Below, piece by piece: positions 54,722 through 64,000 of a stretch of 64,000 nt of DNA. Position numbers and translations under genes: made by a program. Position 1 is the stretch's first letter, and each line of letters begins with the position of its first letter. Below the pieces are notes generated by a model. The model worked only from the letters and a program-made list of their open reading frames with translations, did no database searches and was not told the origin of the DNA. Origin of the DNA: Candidatus Brocadiia bacterium (GTDB lineage Bacteria; Planctomycetota; Brocadiia; SM23-32); contig JBKHIT010000001.1 in the NCBI GenBank assembly GCA_046538485.1, positions 96,001-160,000 of the forward strand. Direction: 5' to 3'.

Positions 54722-56287
54722 ATGGGACACCAGTCAGTTGGTTTTTCCGGCCATTACCGCAGGTTTCTCAATGAATTTTCGGACCAAATCGGCGAACCCT
54801 CGGCTCGATATGGACAGGCAAACCAAAATATCCGGGAAGAAGTCGTCCGCTGCCTGTGGTTCGGTGCCCATTTCTCGAGCGACGACCTGCGCACCGATGG
54901 AAACCGGCGGGTCGAAGTGCTCTCGGCCGGATGGTGGAACGTTGAAAGCGGCCCTGATTTTATACAGGCAGAGATCCTGCTCGAAAAGGAGGGAAGGCTC
55001 ATCGGAGATGTCGAAGTCCATACGGTTGCTTCCTCCTGGTACGGTCACGGTCACCATAAACAACCGGAATACAACGGCGTGGTGCTCCATGTTGTAATGT
55101 GGAACGATTGCGAAGATCGCCCCATTCTCCGGGAAAATGGCACCGCTATTCCTCAGCTGGTCCTCAGCGACTTTGTGGAAGAAGAAATCGATGAATTGGT
55201 CGAGATAATCGATCTGGAAGCCGACGAATCGAACTCTCCGCCGGCGCCGGGACGCGTCCGTGGATTTTGTCGTGAAGCGCTCCAAAATGGGGAAATGGAC
55301 CCCGATTGGTTGGGCCAGTTCCTCGATTGCGCTGGCGACCACCGTATCCTGCGCAAAGCCGAGAGAATGGAAGAATTGTTCAATGGGAAATCTCACGAAC
55401 AGGTTCTCTACCAGTCACTCGGCGAAGCGCTCGGTTACAAAAGCAATCGGATGGGATTTCTGCAGCTCTGCGAATCCGCTCCTGTGCCTTTGCTCCGTGA
55501 AATCGTTCCTGTGAACACCACCCCCCAACACAAACGCGAGGTGCTCGATGCGGCGCTCTACGGAACCGCCGGTTTCCTTAATAATGAGGTGATTGAGAAT
55601 CCGGATAACGAAACGACTCGCTACTTGAATAGTTTGCAGGAACGTTGGAATGCAATGCCCTCAAAGCTCCACGACAATCAGCTCTCACGCGAACACTGGA
55701 GTTTTGGAGGGACGCGCCCGGTTAATTATCCCACACGCCGTCTCGCCGCTCTTTCAACACTTTACGTTGCGTACCTGCCTGCCGGTCTGTTCGGGAGTGT
55801 ATCGCGCACTATCCGTAGCGCGTCCCCCGAGAAAAAGCGGCGAATCGATACAGTTATCCGGGCTGCACTCATCGATATGTTCAATAGTCTGGAACACCCA
55901 TATTGGTCGTACCGTTACAAATTTGGCGGCAAAAAACTATCGGGCCCGCGAAGTCTGGTTGGAAAACAACGAGCGACCGCAATACTGGTCGACGTCCTCA
56001 TTCCCCTGTGTATCGCCCACAGCCGCCAGGAAGGCGATGCGGAAATGCAAAACCGCGTCGAAGCCGTCTGGAATGGCCTGCCCCGTCGGTCTCCCAATAC
56101 CATCGTTCGCCGAATGAGTGGGCGCCTTTTCCCAAACAAAGAACAAATATCGGCTGTGCTGAACTCGGCCCGTCGACAACAGGGCTTGCACGCACTGTAT
56201 AATAATTTTTGTGCGGCTGATGACGGTTGCGAAAACTGCGTGCTTTACCTCGCACATCAAGCCGGGGAAAAAATGATCGAGGTGTAA
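54722..56287 (+). CDS. DUF2851-family protein
   Basis: GWWNVESGPDF, GDVEVH, WYGHGHH..YNGVVLHVV, RPVNYPTRRLA. Confidence 0.8.
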   Translation: MGHQSVGFSGHYRRFLNEFSDQIGEPSARYGQANQNIREEVVRCLWFGAHFSSDDLRTDGNRRVEVLSAGWWNVESGPDFIQAEILLEKEGRLIGDVEVHTVASSWYGHGHHKQPEYNGVVLHVVMWNDCEDRPILRENGTAIPQLVLSDFVEEEIDELVEIIDLEADESNSPPAPGRVRGFCREALQNGEMDPDWLGQFLDCAGDHRILRKAERMEELFNGKSHEQVLYQSLGEALGYKSNRMGFLQLCESAPVPLLREIVPVNTTPQHKREVLDAALYGTAGFLNNEVIENPDNETTRYLNSLQERWNAMPSKLHDNQLSREHWSFGGTRPVNYPTRRLAALSTLYVAYLPAGLFGSVSRTIRSASPEKKRRIDTVIRAALIDMFNSLEHPYWSYRYKFGGKKLSGPRSLVGKQRATAILVDVLIPLCIAHSRQEGDAEMQNRVEAVWNGLPRRSPNTIVRRMSGRLFPNKEQISAVLNSARRQQGLHALYNNFCAADDGCENCVLYLAHQAGEKMIEV

Positions 56288-56290
56288 AAC

Positions 56291-58576
56291 TTGGGCCCAA
56301 CAGACGAACCTCAAAGTCCGCAATCTCTCAGAATAATCTGGATCATTGCTGCCGCGCTTGCCTGTCTGTATTTGCTCGGTTGGTTTTTAGCTATGGGAGT
56401 GGGGGGGGCAATGCGGGGGCCTCGCTCCACGATGGCATTTATTTCCGTTCTCGGTTTCGCCCGGCGCGCGATCTGGCCCACGTTGCTCGCGCTGATCATC
56501 TTCGCCAGTTCTCTCTCCCTTGGCATTTCTGCCCTGCGCCTGTTTCGTATGAACTTCGAACGTCCCGCCTTCAAGCTGGTTTTCTCGGCAGCCATTGGTC
56601 TGGGCATATTTCCCTATCTCGTGCTGGCCCTTGGGACCTGTGGTTTCCTCAATCCAATTGCATTCTGGATTTTGATCATTGTCTGCCTCATCCCGGGATA
56701 TCGCTCTACCTGTCAGCTCCTTATTAAACTGGCACAAAAGGTTACCGGGGCCTCTCGAAACTGGGGCAAATTCGAGTGGTTCCTGGGGGCAGGAATCATA
56801 GCTTTGATTGCGATAGGGCTTCTATCCGCTGGAACACCTATCTCGGATTACGACACGTTGGAATACCATCTCGGCGCGCCAGCAGAATATCTGCGCCAGG
56901 GCCAGATCTCATTTCTCCGACATAATGTCTACGCCTGTTTTCCTCAGCACGTCGAAATGATTAACCTGGCCGGCCTTGTTCTGGGCGGAAACAAAACTGT
57001 TGGTGGCGGAACAGCCGTGATGTCGCAGTTCTTCTTCGGACTTCTGGCCGCGCTGGCCGCCGGTTTGCTTGCTCAAAAAATTTGCGTTAGCAGAGATAGT
57101 TTAGAAACCAGGCCGGGCTCCAAACCCGAAACGCCTGAAGCAAACAAAGTCGATCGCTCCGACGGACCTTACTCACAGATCGGTTTACTGGCTGCTGTTT
57201 TTTTCTTGAGTTGTCCTCTGCTCATAATTGCGTCGATACGGGCTCACATCACTCTGGCGAGATGTTTCTACAAAGGGGCGGCCGTACTCGCATTGTTCTG
57301 CTGGCTGTTCCCGAAAAGAAAAGACACCGGCAACTTAAAATGGCTGATCGTAGCAGGCATTTCTTGCGGAATATCAGTTGGAGTTAAATATTCAGGCGCT
57401 CTTTTCCTTTGCCTCCCTCTCGCTCTGATAACGCTCATAGGCGGGCTGAGGAAGGGCAAAACTTTATTGGGACGCATCAAACCCGTCTTCGCCCTGACAT
57501 TTATAGCGGTTCTGGCTGCAGCACCCTGGTTAATTCGACATTTCTACTTTACAGGCAATCCCGTTTACCCGCTGCTCCATAATATCTTCGGTGCCCGTGG
57601 ATGGTCGGATCTGCAGGCTGCTAAATTTGCTGCCGCCCACTCTCCTGGCTCTCTGTCGGGAATATTCGTGAAACTCTGGGCATTTTTGACTTCCAATAGA
57701 ATGGGGTTCGCAAGCCCTCTGGCGCTCGTGTTTATTCCGTTTCTACTCATAGACATTCTCTCGCAAGCCGAAAAGCAGGTCGTCATTCGTATGATGCTTC
57801 TCCTGCTCGCATACACAATCTTAATTGTCGTTCTCTGGGCCTTTTTCACGCATCAAATCGTGCGCTTTCTTGCCCCCGTGCTTCTCTTTTTGGCCGTATT
57901 ATCCGCCGCGGGGCTCATCGAACTGAGCTCCCGGTCTCAGGCGAGAAAAATCGGCTTTATTGTGACAACAATCTTTTTTGCGATTGCCATTTTGATCCAG
58001 AGTGTGATTGCAGTTAGCTCAGGCGCCATAGGGGGGACCCTGGCCAGTGAAGGCCTCAAAGAATACGCTCGCCGTTTCGATGCAAAAGCTCAGCTTGCTT
58101 ATGCCAATGCCGTCGAATGGGTTAATAATCCACTAAAGGTTCCGAAAAGCTCGTGCCTGATGCTCGTTGGAGAAGCAAAAACTTACTATTTTGATCGTTC
58201 TCTGAGCTATTCGGTGGTTTTCAACGAGCATCCCATCGAGCCGGCCCTCAAACAGGCAGACGAGAACCTCCCCCGCGCGGTCCAGACGCTTAAAAATACC
58301 GGTTGCCGTTACGTCTTAATCAACTGGCCCGAACTGGAACGTCTGTCCAGAACCTATCGTTTCGAATATAAGGGAAAAATGCACGTGGGTTACCTTCCCC
58401 AACTCAATCTTCAAGAATCTCGCCATCCCTCAGAAATAAAACAAGCCGCTGCGCCCCTGAGAAAACTTCTTGAAGCCTCGGGCAAAAAAGTCGCGCAGTT
58501 TGGCAATCTGCGCGGCTCGCAAACCTCTGGTCGGGAATCGGCAGCCATTATTGAGGTTTATCGTATAGGGCCCTGA
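56291..58576 (+). CDS. Polytopic membrane glycosyltransferase-like protein (GT-C/ArnT-like)
   Basis: Many TM helices, YDTLEYHL, GVKY, APW..TGNPVYP, RF. Confidence 0.6.
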   Translation: MGPTDEPQSPQSLRIIWIIAAALACLYLLGWFLAMGVGGAMRGPRSTMAFISVLGFARRAIWPTLLALIIFASSLSLGISALRLFRMNFERPAFKLVFSAAIGLGIFPYLVLALGTCGFLNPIAFWILIIVCLIPGYRSTCQLLIKLAQKVTGASRNWGKFEWFLGAGIIALIAIGLLSAGTPISDYDTLEYHLGAPAEYLRQGQISFLRHNVYACFPQHVEMINLAGLVLGGNKTVGGGTAVMSQFFFGLLAALAAGLLAQKICVSRDSLETRPGSKPETPEANKVDRSDGPYSQIGLLAAVFFLSCPLLIIASIRAHITLARCFYKGAAVLALFCWLFPKRKDTGNLKWLIVAGISCGISVGVKYSGALFLCLPLALITLIGGLRKGKTLLGRIKPVFALTFIAVLAAAPWLIRHFYFTGNPVYPLLHNIFGARGWSDLQAAKFAAAHSPGSLSGIFVKLWAFLTSNRMGFASPLALVFIPFLLIDILSQAEKQVVIRMMLLLLAYTILIVVLWAFFTHQIVRFLAPVLLFLAVLSAAGLIELSSRSQARKIGFIVTTIFFAIAILIQSVIAVSSGAIGGTLASEGLKEYARRFDAKAQLAYANAVEWVNNPLKVPKSSCLMLVGEAKTYYFDRSLSYSVVFNEHPIEPALKQADENLPRAVQTLKNTGCRYVLINWPELERLSRTYRFEYKGKMHVGYLPQLNLQESRHPSEIKQAAAPLRKLLEASGKKVAQFGNLRGSQTSGRESAAIIEVYRIGP

Positions 58577-58741
58577 TGGGCTTCCCACCATTGAAGCAAA
58601 TGGCTCGGCTGCTTACCTTTTTGTTTCCCCGGGCCGTCACGCAAAGCAACTTATGAAAAAGACTCCACTCCCGGGGGACATATAGAGTTAAATCAAAAAG
58701 ATAAAATTAGGGGATAAAAAAAGGCAAGTAACCGCGCGCGC

Positions 58742-59698
58742 TCAGCTTTCCTGTTGAGCCGCTTGCACCGTTGTCCCCTCGTCCTGTTCACTGCCGTCCG
58801 CACCCTCTTTTTTATTCTCCTCCGACCGTTTGGCAGTTTCTTCAAAATGGAACTCACCCTTGCGGAACAACTCAATACACACGTCAACCACTTTGGCATC
58901 GTAGAGCGTACCCTTATTTTTTTTGAGCACGTTCAAGGCCTTCTCCCGTCCCAGTCCTGCACGGTAAGGACGGTTGGAGACAATTGCCTCGACCGTATCC
59001 GCGACAGCCAGGATTCGTGCCTCAAGCAAAACCTTTTCGCCCGACAACCCACGCGGATACCCTGACCCGTCCAATCGTTCGTGATGTTGGTGAATGATTT
59101 CACCAAGTGGCCAGGGGAGGTCCATTTCGCCCATTACTTCTGCGCCGGTGCTCGGGTGCCGCCGCACGAGGGCAAATTGCTCTTCACTTAAACCCGCCGG
59201 CGAGGTGAGGATTTCCACAGGAATACGAATTTTCCCGATATCATGAATTGAAGCTGCAAGAAAAATGAGCTCGATCCGTTCTTCAGGCAATCCCATGTTT
59301 TCAGCGATAGCACTGGACAGTCGAGCTACCCTTCTTTGATGCCCCGCAGTATAAGGATCGCGTGCGGCGATTACAAAAGCAAGATTTTCAACCATCTGGT
59401 AAAGGACCTGCCGACGCTTTTTTTCCGCTTCCTGCCGAACTTCGTTTTCCCGAGCCAGAATAGCAATCACATGGAATGCATAAGCACTGGCAAGCAACAT
59501 ACACAAAAGGACATAAAGTATCGCACGGCCTGTATATGAAAGACTGAGTTCCCCACCAGCCCGTTCGACAATGAAAAAGATGGCAGCGCCACAAACGAAT
59601 AGAGCAAGAAGTCCACTCTTCGAAAACGCAATATACTTGCGCAACATGCGAGGCTTCTTCTTATTGGTCGACCGGCCTTTTGTAAACTTTCCACTCAT
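58742..59698 (-). CDS. HD-GYP cyclic di-GMP phosphodiesterase with N-terminal TM helices
   Basis: RDPYTAGHQRRV, HDIGK, HHERLDGSGYPRGL, RPYR. Start uncertain. Confidence 0.9.
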   Translation of the reverse strand: MSGKFTKGRSTNKKKPRMLRKYIAFSKSGLLALFVCGAAIFFIVERAGGELSLSYTGRAILYVLLCMLLASAYAFHVIAILARENEVRQEAEKKRRQVLYQMVENLAFVIAARDPYTAGHQRRVARLSSAIAENMGLPEERIELIFLAASIHDIGKIRIPVEILTSPAGLSEEQFALVRRHPSTGAEVMGEMDLPWPLGEIIHQHHERLDGSGYPRGLSGEKVLLEARILAVADTVEAIVSNRPYRAGLGREKALNVLKKNKGTLYDAKVVDVCIELFRKGEFHFEETAKRSEENKKEGADGSEQDEGTTVQAAQQES

Positions 59699-59788
59699 GA
59701 AACTGACATTTATTATATCAGAGACACACAAACAATGGAAACAAAGACCGGCAAGCGATATCAAGTAAAATCGGCAGTCGCCATGATT

Positions 59789-60421
59789 TCAACTTAGCCC
59801 CAGAGTATCTTTCTCGCATTTCAAAGTCGTGCGGCGACCATGCCCCGGTAGCAGAATCGTATCCTCCGGAAACTCTTCCATTAATTTTTCTATGGACTGC
59901 CGCAACTGGTCCCAATTGCCTCCGGGCAGATCAGTGCGACCCACTCCCCCGGCAAAAATAACGTCGCCACAGAAAATCACTATCGGTTGTTCCTGATCGC
60001 CCACGAGACAAATACCACCCGGCGTGTGGCCCGGGGTATCAAGTACCCTGATAAAACTGGACCCAAACTCGATTTTGTCACCTTCTGTCAGTAACCTATC
60101 CGGTTCAGGGATCTTTTCGCACCCTCCAAACATTCCGGTAAGGTTTCGAAAAGAATCCTGCAGAATGTCGGCATCTTTTTTCCCGATACATAGCTCCGCA
60201 TCCGGATATTCTGCTTTCAAAAAGCCGTTTGCACAGATATGGTCCGCATGGGCGTGCGTATTGATAATTTTGCCAGGTTGAAGATCAAGTCTCTCAAATT
60301 CTTCTGCTATTCGCTGGCCTTCCGCCCCGGGATCTATAATAATTCCGTCCTGACAAGCGTCATCGGCCGCCAGGTAACAATTAGATTCCAGGGGGCCAAC
60401 CGTCAGCATACTAATTTTCAC
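59789..60421 (-). CDS. MBL-fold metallohydrolase (glyoxalase II-like)
   Basis: THAHADH, TPGHTPG, GDVIF..GRTDLPGG, PGHG. Confidence 0.92.
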   Translation of the reverse strand: MKISMLTVGPLESNCYLAADDACQDGIIIDPGAEGQRIAEEFERLDLQPGKIINTHAHADHICANGFLKAEYPDAELCIGKKDADILQDSFRNLTGMFGGCEKIPEPDRLLTEGDKIEFGSSFIRVLDTPGHTPGGICLVGDQEQPIVIFCGDVIFAGGVGRTDLPGGNWDQLRQSIEKLMEEFPEDTILLPGHGRRTTLKCEKDTLGLS

Positions 60422-60471
60422 TGTCTAAATCCCTATTGCCAGGGGCTCGCACAAATCAGGAGGTCTTGTGC

Positions 60472-61920
60472 TCAGACCTCATAACAGGCTTCAACAAGGC
60501 GGCATACATCGCACGGTTTAGTCTCCCCTTCGGGAGCATTTGGCATGCCAAGAATCTCAGTTTCCTGAACGGGGTCTTCCTCCGGGTCGCTCGCGTGCGC
60601 GCGATTCTGAAGGACATTTTGTCCGTAAACTTCGCGGAGTTCCCGGAGACGCTGACGAATCACTCTCAGAGCGTCAGGCCCCGAATAAAGAAGCGCCATA
60701 CACTGGGTTTCGCGCTCCGGTTCGATCGGTTTCCCCGTCTCGACGTCGACCCCGGTCATATACCGAATCAATTCGTCAAATTCCGCCTGCGCATTAAGCT
60801 CTTTCAACTCTTCGGCAATCTCATCAAAAAGCGAAGGATCCGGGTGGAAACTATTTGCTTTTTCCTCGAGCAAAGAGCACGCCCGGGCGAGAATATCCGC
60901 CTTTATCTGTCCGGGTTCCGGAACATCGTCCCGGGCAAAAAGCATCTCCGCAGAATGAGCCAGCCTGATGGCCTGAGCGGGAGTTGGCATTTGCTCAATG
61001 CCGTCAACCTCCGAGACAACCGTCTCTGAAAGTCGTCGGGCTTTCTCCATAATATCTTCGGCCTTCCCCCCGACCATAGCTTTTAGCTGCTCGCGAAACT
61101 GCGGCAATTTAGCTGCATAAAATCGACTGGCTTGCTCAACGGTCAGGCTTACCATCTTCGCTCCCGTGATGAACATCCCGGTCCGAGCGAAAAAATCGAG
61201 GAGGTTACCGGGAAGAGGATTGCGCCTTCGAAAACTCTCTGGTTTGAGAATTACCATCGACGTCTCGACCTCTGGCTCATTGATGTGAGGCAATGCTCTC
61301 AAGACATACCCTCCGTCGCTATATGCGTTCCTGCTGAAAAGACGAAGGTGGGATTCTGTCATCTCCGGCGTAACACCTGTGAGAACGGCCGGTTCAAAAA
61401 AACGGTGGTACTCAGGCTCATGCTCAACTTCCTGCAAAGCCGGATAACGCCGAAGTTCCTTTTCCGCTCTTTCCCGCGCCTTTTGGACGTAATCGGCCGA
61501 CCAATCCTCCTGTATAAAATCTCCATAAGTGCCCCGAACATCATCCCCACGCACATCCTGTCCGATATGCCCCGCGGCTTCTTCGATTAAATGCTGGGCA
61601 TTTTCTCCGCGAAAAATGACGAGTAACATCCGATTCGATATTCCCCGCGCATTGGGATACCCGAAATTCTCAAGCACGTATCGAATAAGCAACTTCTGAT
61701 AGCGAAGCGGCACACGTTTCTCTTCGGGATCATAAATCCCATCACAATATTGCCGAATGAAATCGCTGTCAGGCGCCGGCGCATACATACGGACCGCCGC
61801 TAATCTAACATTTGCCCACAGTAGCCGGGCCAGAATGCCCCCTGTTCTGCTCTTGTGAAGCGTGTATGGAGTCACCAACGCATAAGCTAACTCTTCACCC
61901 TTGAGACATTCTTCCGGCAT
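60472..61920 (-). CDS. Extended nucleoside-diphosphate-kinase-like protein (two NDK-like halves)
   Basis: TPY..SRTGGIL..RGTYGD in the N-half; SMVILKPES...NRAHASD in the C-half. Confidence 0.65.
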   Translation of the reverse strand: MPEECLKGEELAYALVTPYTLHKSRTGGILARLLWANVRLAAVRMYAPAPDSDFIRQYCDGIYDPEEKRVPLRYQKLLIRYVLENFGYPNARGISNRMLLVIFRGENAQHLIEEAAGHIGQDVRGDDVRGTYGDFIQEDWSADYVQKARERAEKELRRYPALQEVEHEPEYHRFFEPAVLTGVTPEMTESHLRLFSRNAYSDGGYVLRALPHINEPEVETSMVILKPESFRRRNPLPGNLLDFFARTGMFITGAKMVSLTVEQASRFYAAKLPQFREQLKAMVGGKAEDIMEKARRLSETVVSEVDGIEQMPTPAQAIRLAHSAEMLFARDDVPEPGQIKADILARACSLLEEKANSFHPDPSLFDEIAEELKELNAQAEFDELIRYMTGVDVETGKPIEPERETQCMALLYSGPDALRVIRQRLRELREVYGQNVLQNRAHASDPEEDPVQETEILGMPNAPEGETKPCDVCRLVEACYEV

Positions 61921-62213
61921 ACCTCAAACCTCAAAACTCTCTTATGAAATTTAATTGGAACGGATGGGCAATATACCACAAGCGACTGAAACGTCGCAAG
62001 GCTCTCATTCAAATGAGCGTCCGGCAACGCAGCAAATCTCGCTTAGCAATGCTTCGTCGCATATTTGTGCAAGTCCGTCCCCTGTGCTCGGCCATGAGTA
62101 CGTCTTGACAAGCATCCGACAAACCATAATATGTCCGTTTACAATGCACTACAGTTCCACTATGCGCACTATCCAAAGTGCCGTGTGTCTGCGACTAATG
62201 AAAGGCCGCTCCA

Positions 62214-63731
62214 ATGCAAACCTTACATATAATTCTGTCCACCGTGATACTCCTCCTCACCATCCCCATCGGCACCCTGCGTGCCAACGTAAAATTGCCG
62301 GCCGTCTTCTCCGAAGGAATGGTTCTCCAACGTGATCGAAAAATCCCTGTCTGGGGCTGGGCCGATGACGGAGAAAAAGTAAAAATCAGCATCTACAACC
62401 GGGGCACAAAACCTCTCATCCAAGCCCAAACCGTCGCCCGCAACGGACGTTTCCGGCTCACACTCGACCCCCTGCCCGTCGGCGGCCCCTACACGATGTT
62501 GATGGAAGCCAAAAATCGATTCATCTTCACAGATATTCTGGTGGGAGAAGTCTGGATCACATGCGGCCAGTCCAATGCTATATGGCCGGTAAGCGAAACG
62601 GCATCCATCGAAGAGGCGCGCGCCAACCGAGATAAATACCCCGGCATCCGCCACATACAGCTCGGACACCGGAAATACCGACAAGCTGACAAGCCGTACG
62701 AGAAACTCGGCGCGTTCTGGGGCCGACCCAAATGGGAAGACTCCCGGTACTCTCTGATGCGCTCCAACAAAGATATCCCCGGATGCCAGAACGCCATCGG
62801 GTATTATTTCGCCCGGGAAGTCTACAAACACTTCGACGGCAAAGTTCCCGTCGGCACGATCGATATTGGCGCCATCATCAGGGTCGAAAGCTGGGTGGCC
62901 GACCGTTTTGTCGCAAAAGATCCCGTGCTGGAAAAGATCCGGGGGAAACGCTACCCCCACGAAACGTCCCGAGCCTACAACGCCAACATCGCACCTCTCT
63001 CCCCCTATCCGGTCCGCGGCGCCATTTATTACCAGGGCGAGATGAATGCCGGAAACGCAAAAGTCTACCGCCATGGACTCGAAATGCTTATAAAAAGTTG
63101 GCGGGCGGCCTGGGACGATCCCGACATGCCGTTTCTCATCGTGCAGCTCCCCGGATTCATAAAGCACAAAGGCCCCAAACATAAATACGACATGGATGCG
63201 AAAAGCCTTGCCAGCTTCAAAGGAAACGACGCCAGCCACGGATTCGTAGGGATCCGACAGGCCCAGTTGCAGGTCTGGCAGAACACACCCCACACCGGTA
63301 TGGCCGTCACGATCGACCTTGGGGAACCTTTCAACATTCACCCTCCCCGCAAACGCGAAGTGGCTGAACGGCTGTTCCTTCAGGCCCGAAAAGTGGCCTA
63401 CGGAGATGAGGAGGTCCTGGCCAGCGGGCCGGTTCCCGCAAAGTTCCAGAAAATCAATAACGGGTTCGCCATCGAATTCAAGAACATCGGACGCGGTCTG
63501 TCCGTTAAAGGCAAAAATCTGACGGGATTTGAACTCGCAGGGGAAAACGGCAATTTCACAGTCGCCGATGCCCGTATCGAAGGTGACCGGGTCATCGTCA
63601 CCTCCGGGGAAATCCAACATCCGAGCGCTGTTCGCTACGCGTGGAAGGGGTATCCGCAGGTCAGCCTCTATAACAAAAAGGGCCTCCCAGCTACTCCGTT
63701 TCGCCACCTTCCAAAAGACCAGAACAAATAG
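62214..63731 (+). CDS. Sialate O-acetylesterase family protein
   Basis: LPAVFSEGMVLQR, GEVWITCGQSN, YYQGE, VQLP, IHP, VRYAW, LPATPFR; signal peptide. Confidence 0.9.
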   Translation: MQTLHIILSTVILLLTIPIGTLRANVKLPAVFSEGMVLQRDRKIPVWGWADDGEKVKISIYNRGTKPLIQAQTVARNGRFRLTLDPLPVGGPYTMLMEAKNRFIFTDILVGEVWITCGQSNAIWPVSETASIEEARANRDKYPGIRHIQLGHRKYRQADKPYEKLGAFWGRPKWEDSRYSLMRSNKDIPGCQNAIGYYFAREVYKHFDGKVPVGTIDIGAIIRVESWVADRFVAKDPVLEKIRGKRYPHETSRAYNANIAPLSPYPVRGAIYYQGEMNAGNAKVYRHGLEMLIKSWRAAWDDPDMPFLIVQLPGFIKHKGPKHKYDMDAKSLASFKGNDASHGFVGIRQAQLQVWQNTPHTGMAVTIDLGEPFNIHPPRKREVAERLFLQARKVAYGDEEVLASGPVPAKFQKINNGFAIEFKNIGRGLSVKGKNLTGFELAGENGNFTVADARIEGDRVIVTSGEIQHPSAVRYAWKGYPQVSLYNKKGLPATPFRHLPKDQNK

Positions 63732-63921
63732 CTCTTCAGAATTCTCAGCGTGGAGGACAGCTGACCGGTGTAAAGATAGAAACACACGGACGAAGCGGGA
63801 AAAAGGCCAGAAAACATAACGCAAAAGAACCGTGACTTTCGAAACCAACTGGTTATCGCTATACTTCGTCAGCGTCTGACAACAGATACGACTTTATCGC
63901 GTCTACGGGAAGCCAAAAACC

Positions 63922-64000
63922 ATGAAATCTCTCCCGAATATCCTCTGGATCTGCACGGACCAGCAGCGTGCGGACACGCTCGGATGCTACGGTAACTCTT
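63922..64000 (+). CDS. Sulfatase, N-terminus (runs off the window)
   Basis: MKSLPNILWICTDQQRADTLGCYGN. Confidence 0.8.
   Translation, partial: MKSLPNILWICTDQQRADTLGCYGNS

Noticed and set aside
62223..63848. 541-aa minus-strand ORF
   Set aside because: Antisense shadow of the sialate O-acetylesterase gene; no motifs.

Overview
64 kb of bacterial chromosome, most likely from Planctomycetota. That assignment is an inference from tandem prepilin-type/H-X9-DG (DUF1559-like) genes, several sulfatases and a TPR protein with RNAP alpha-CTD repeats. Left end (1-15 kb): partial smc, an anaerobic ribonucleotide reductase operon (nrdR-nrdD-CxxC redoxin-nrdG), trkA/trkH, a YeeE/YedE pair and small oxidoreductases/hydrolases. 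Middle (15-36 kb): an accessory carbohydrate/sulfatase region with palindromic-repeat mosaics, gene remnants, an IS66 scrap and a ~1 kb DUF1670-like element with 13-bp inverted ends and a 4-bp direct repeat. It also holds a complete group II intron (30318-32384, minus strand). The intron sits exactly inside the conserved GFTLIE^LLVVIAII coding motif of one of three tandem prepilin-type genes. Its predicted EBS1/EBS2 pair with that motif using G wobble at synonymous codon positions, and they also match the two uninterrupted paralogues next door. Right part (36-64 kb): mostly housekeeping genes (asnB, yajC, tgt, queH, ruvBA, kdsA, nadD, glyA, dinB, efp, HD-GYP, NDK-like, sialate O-acetylesterase, start of a sulfatase). 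All calls come from reading motifs by eye; no database searches were run.
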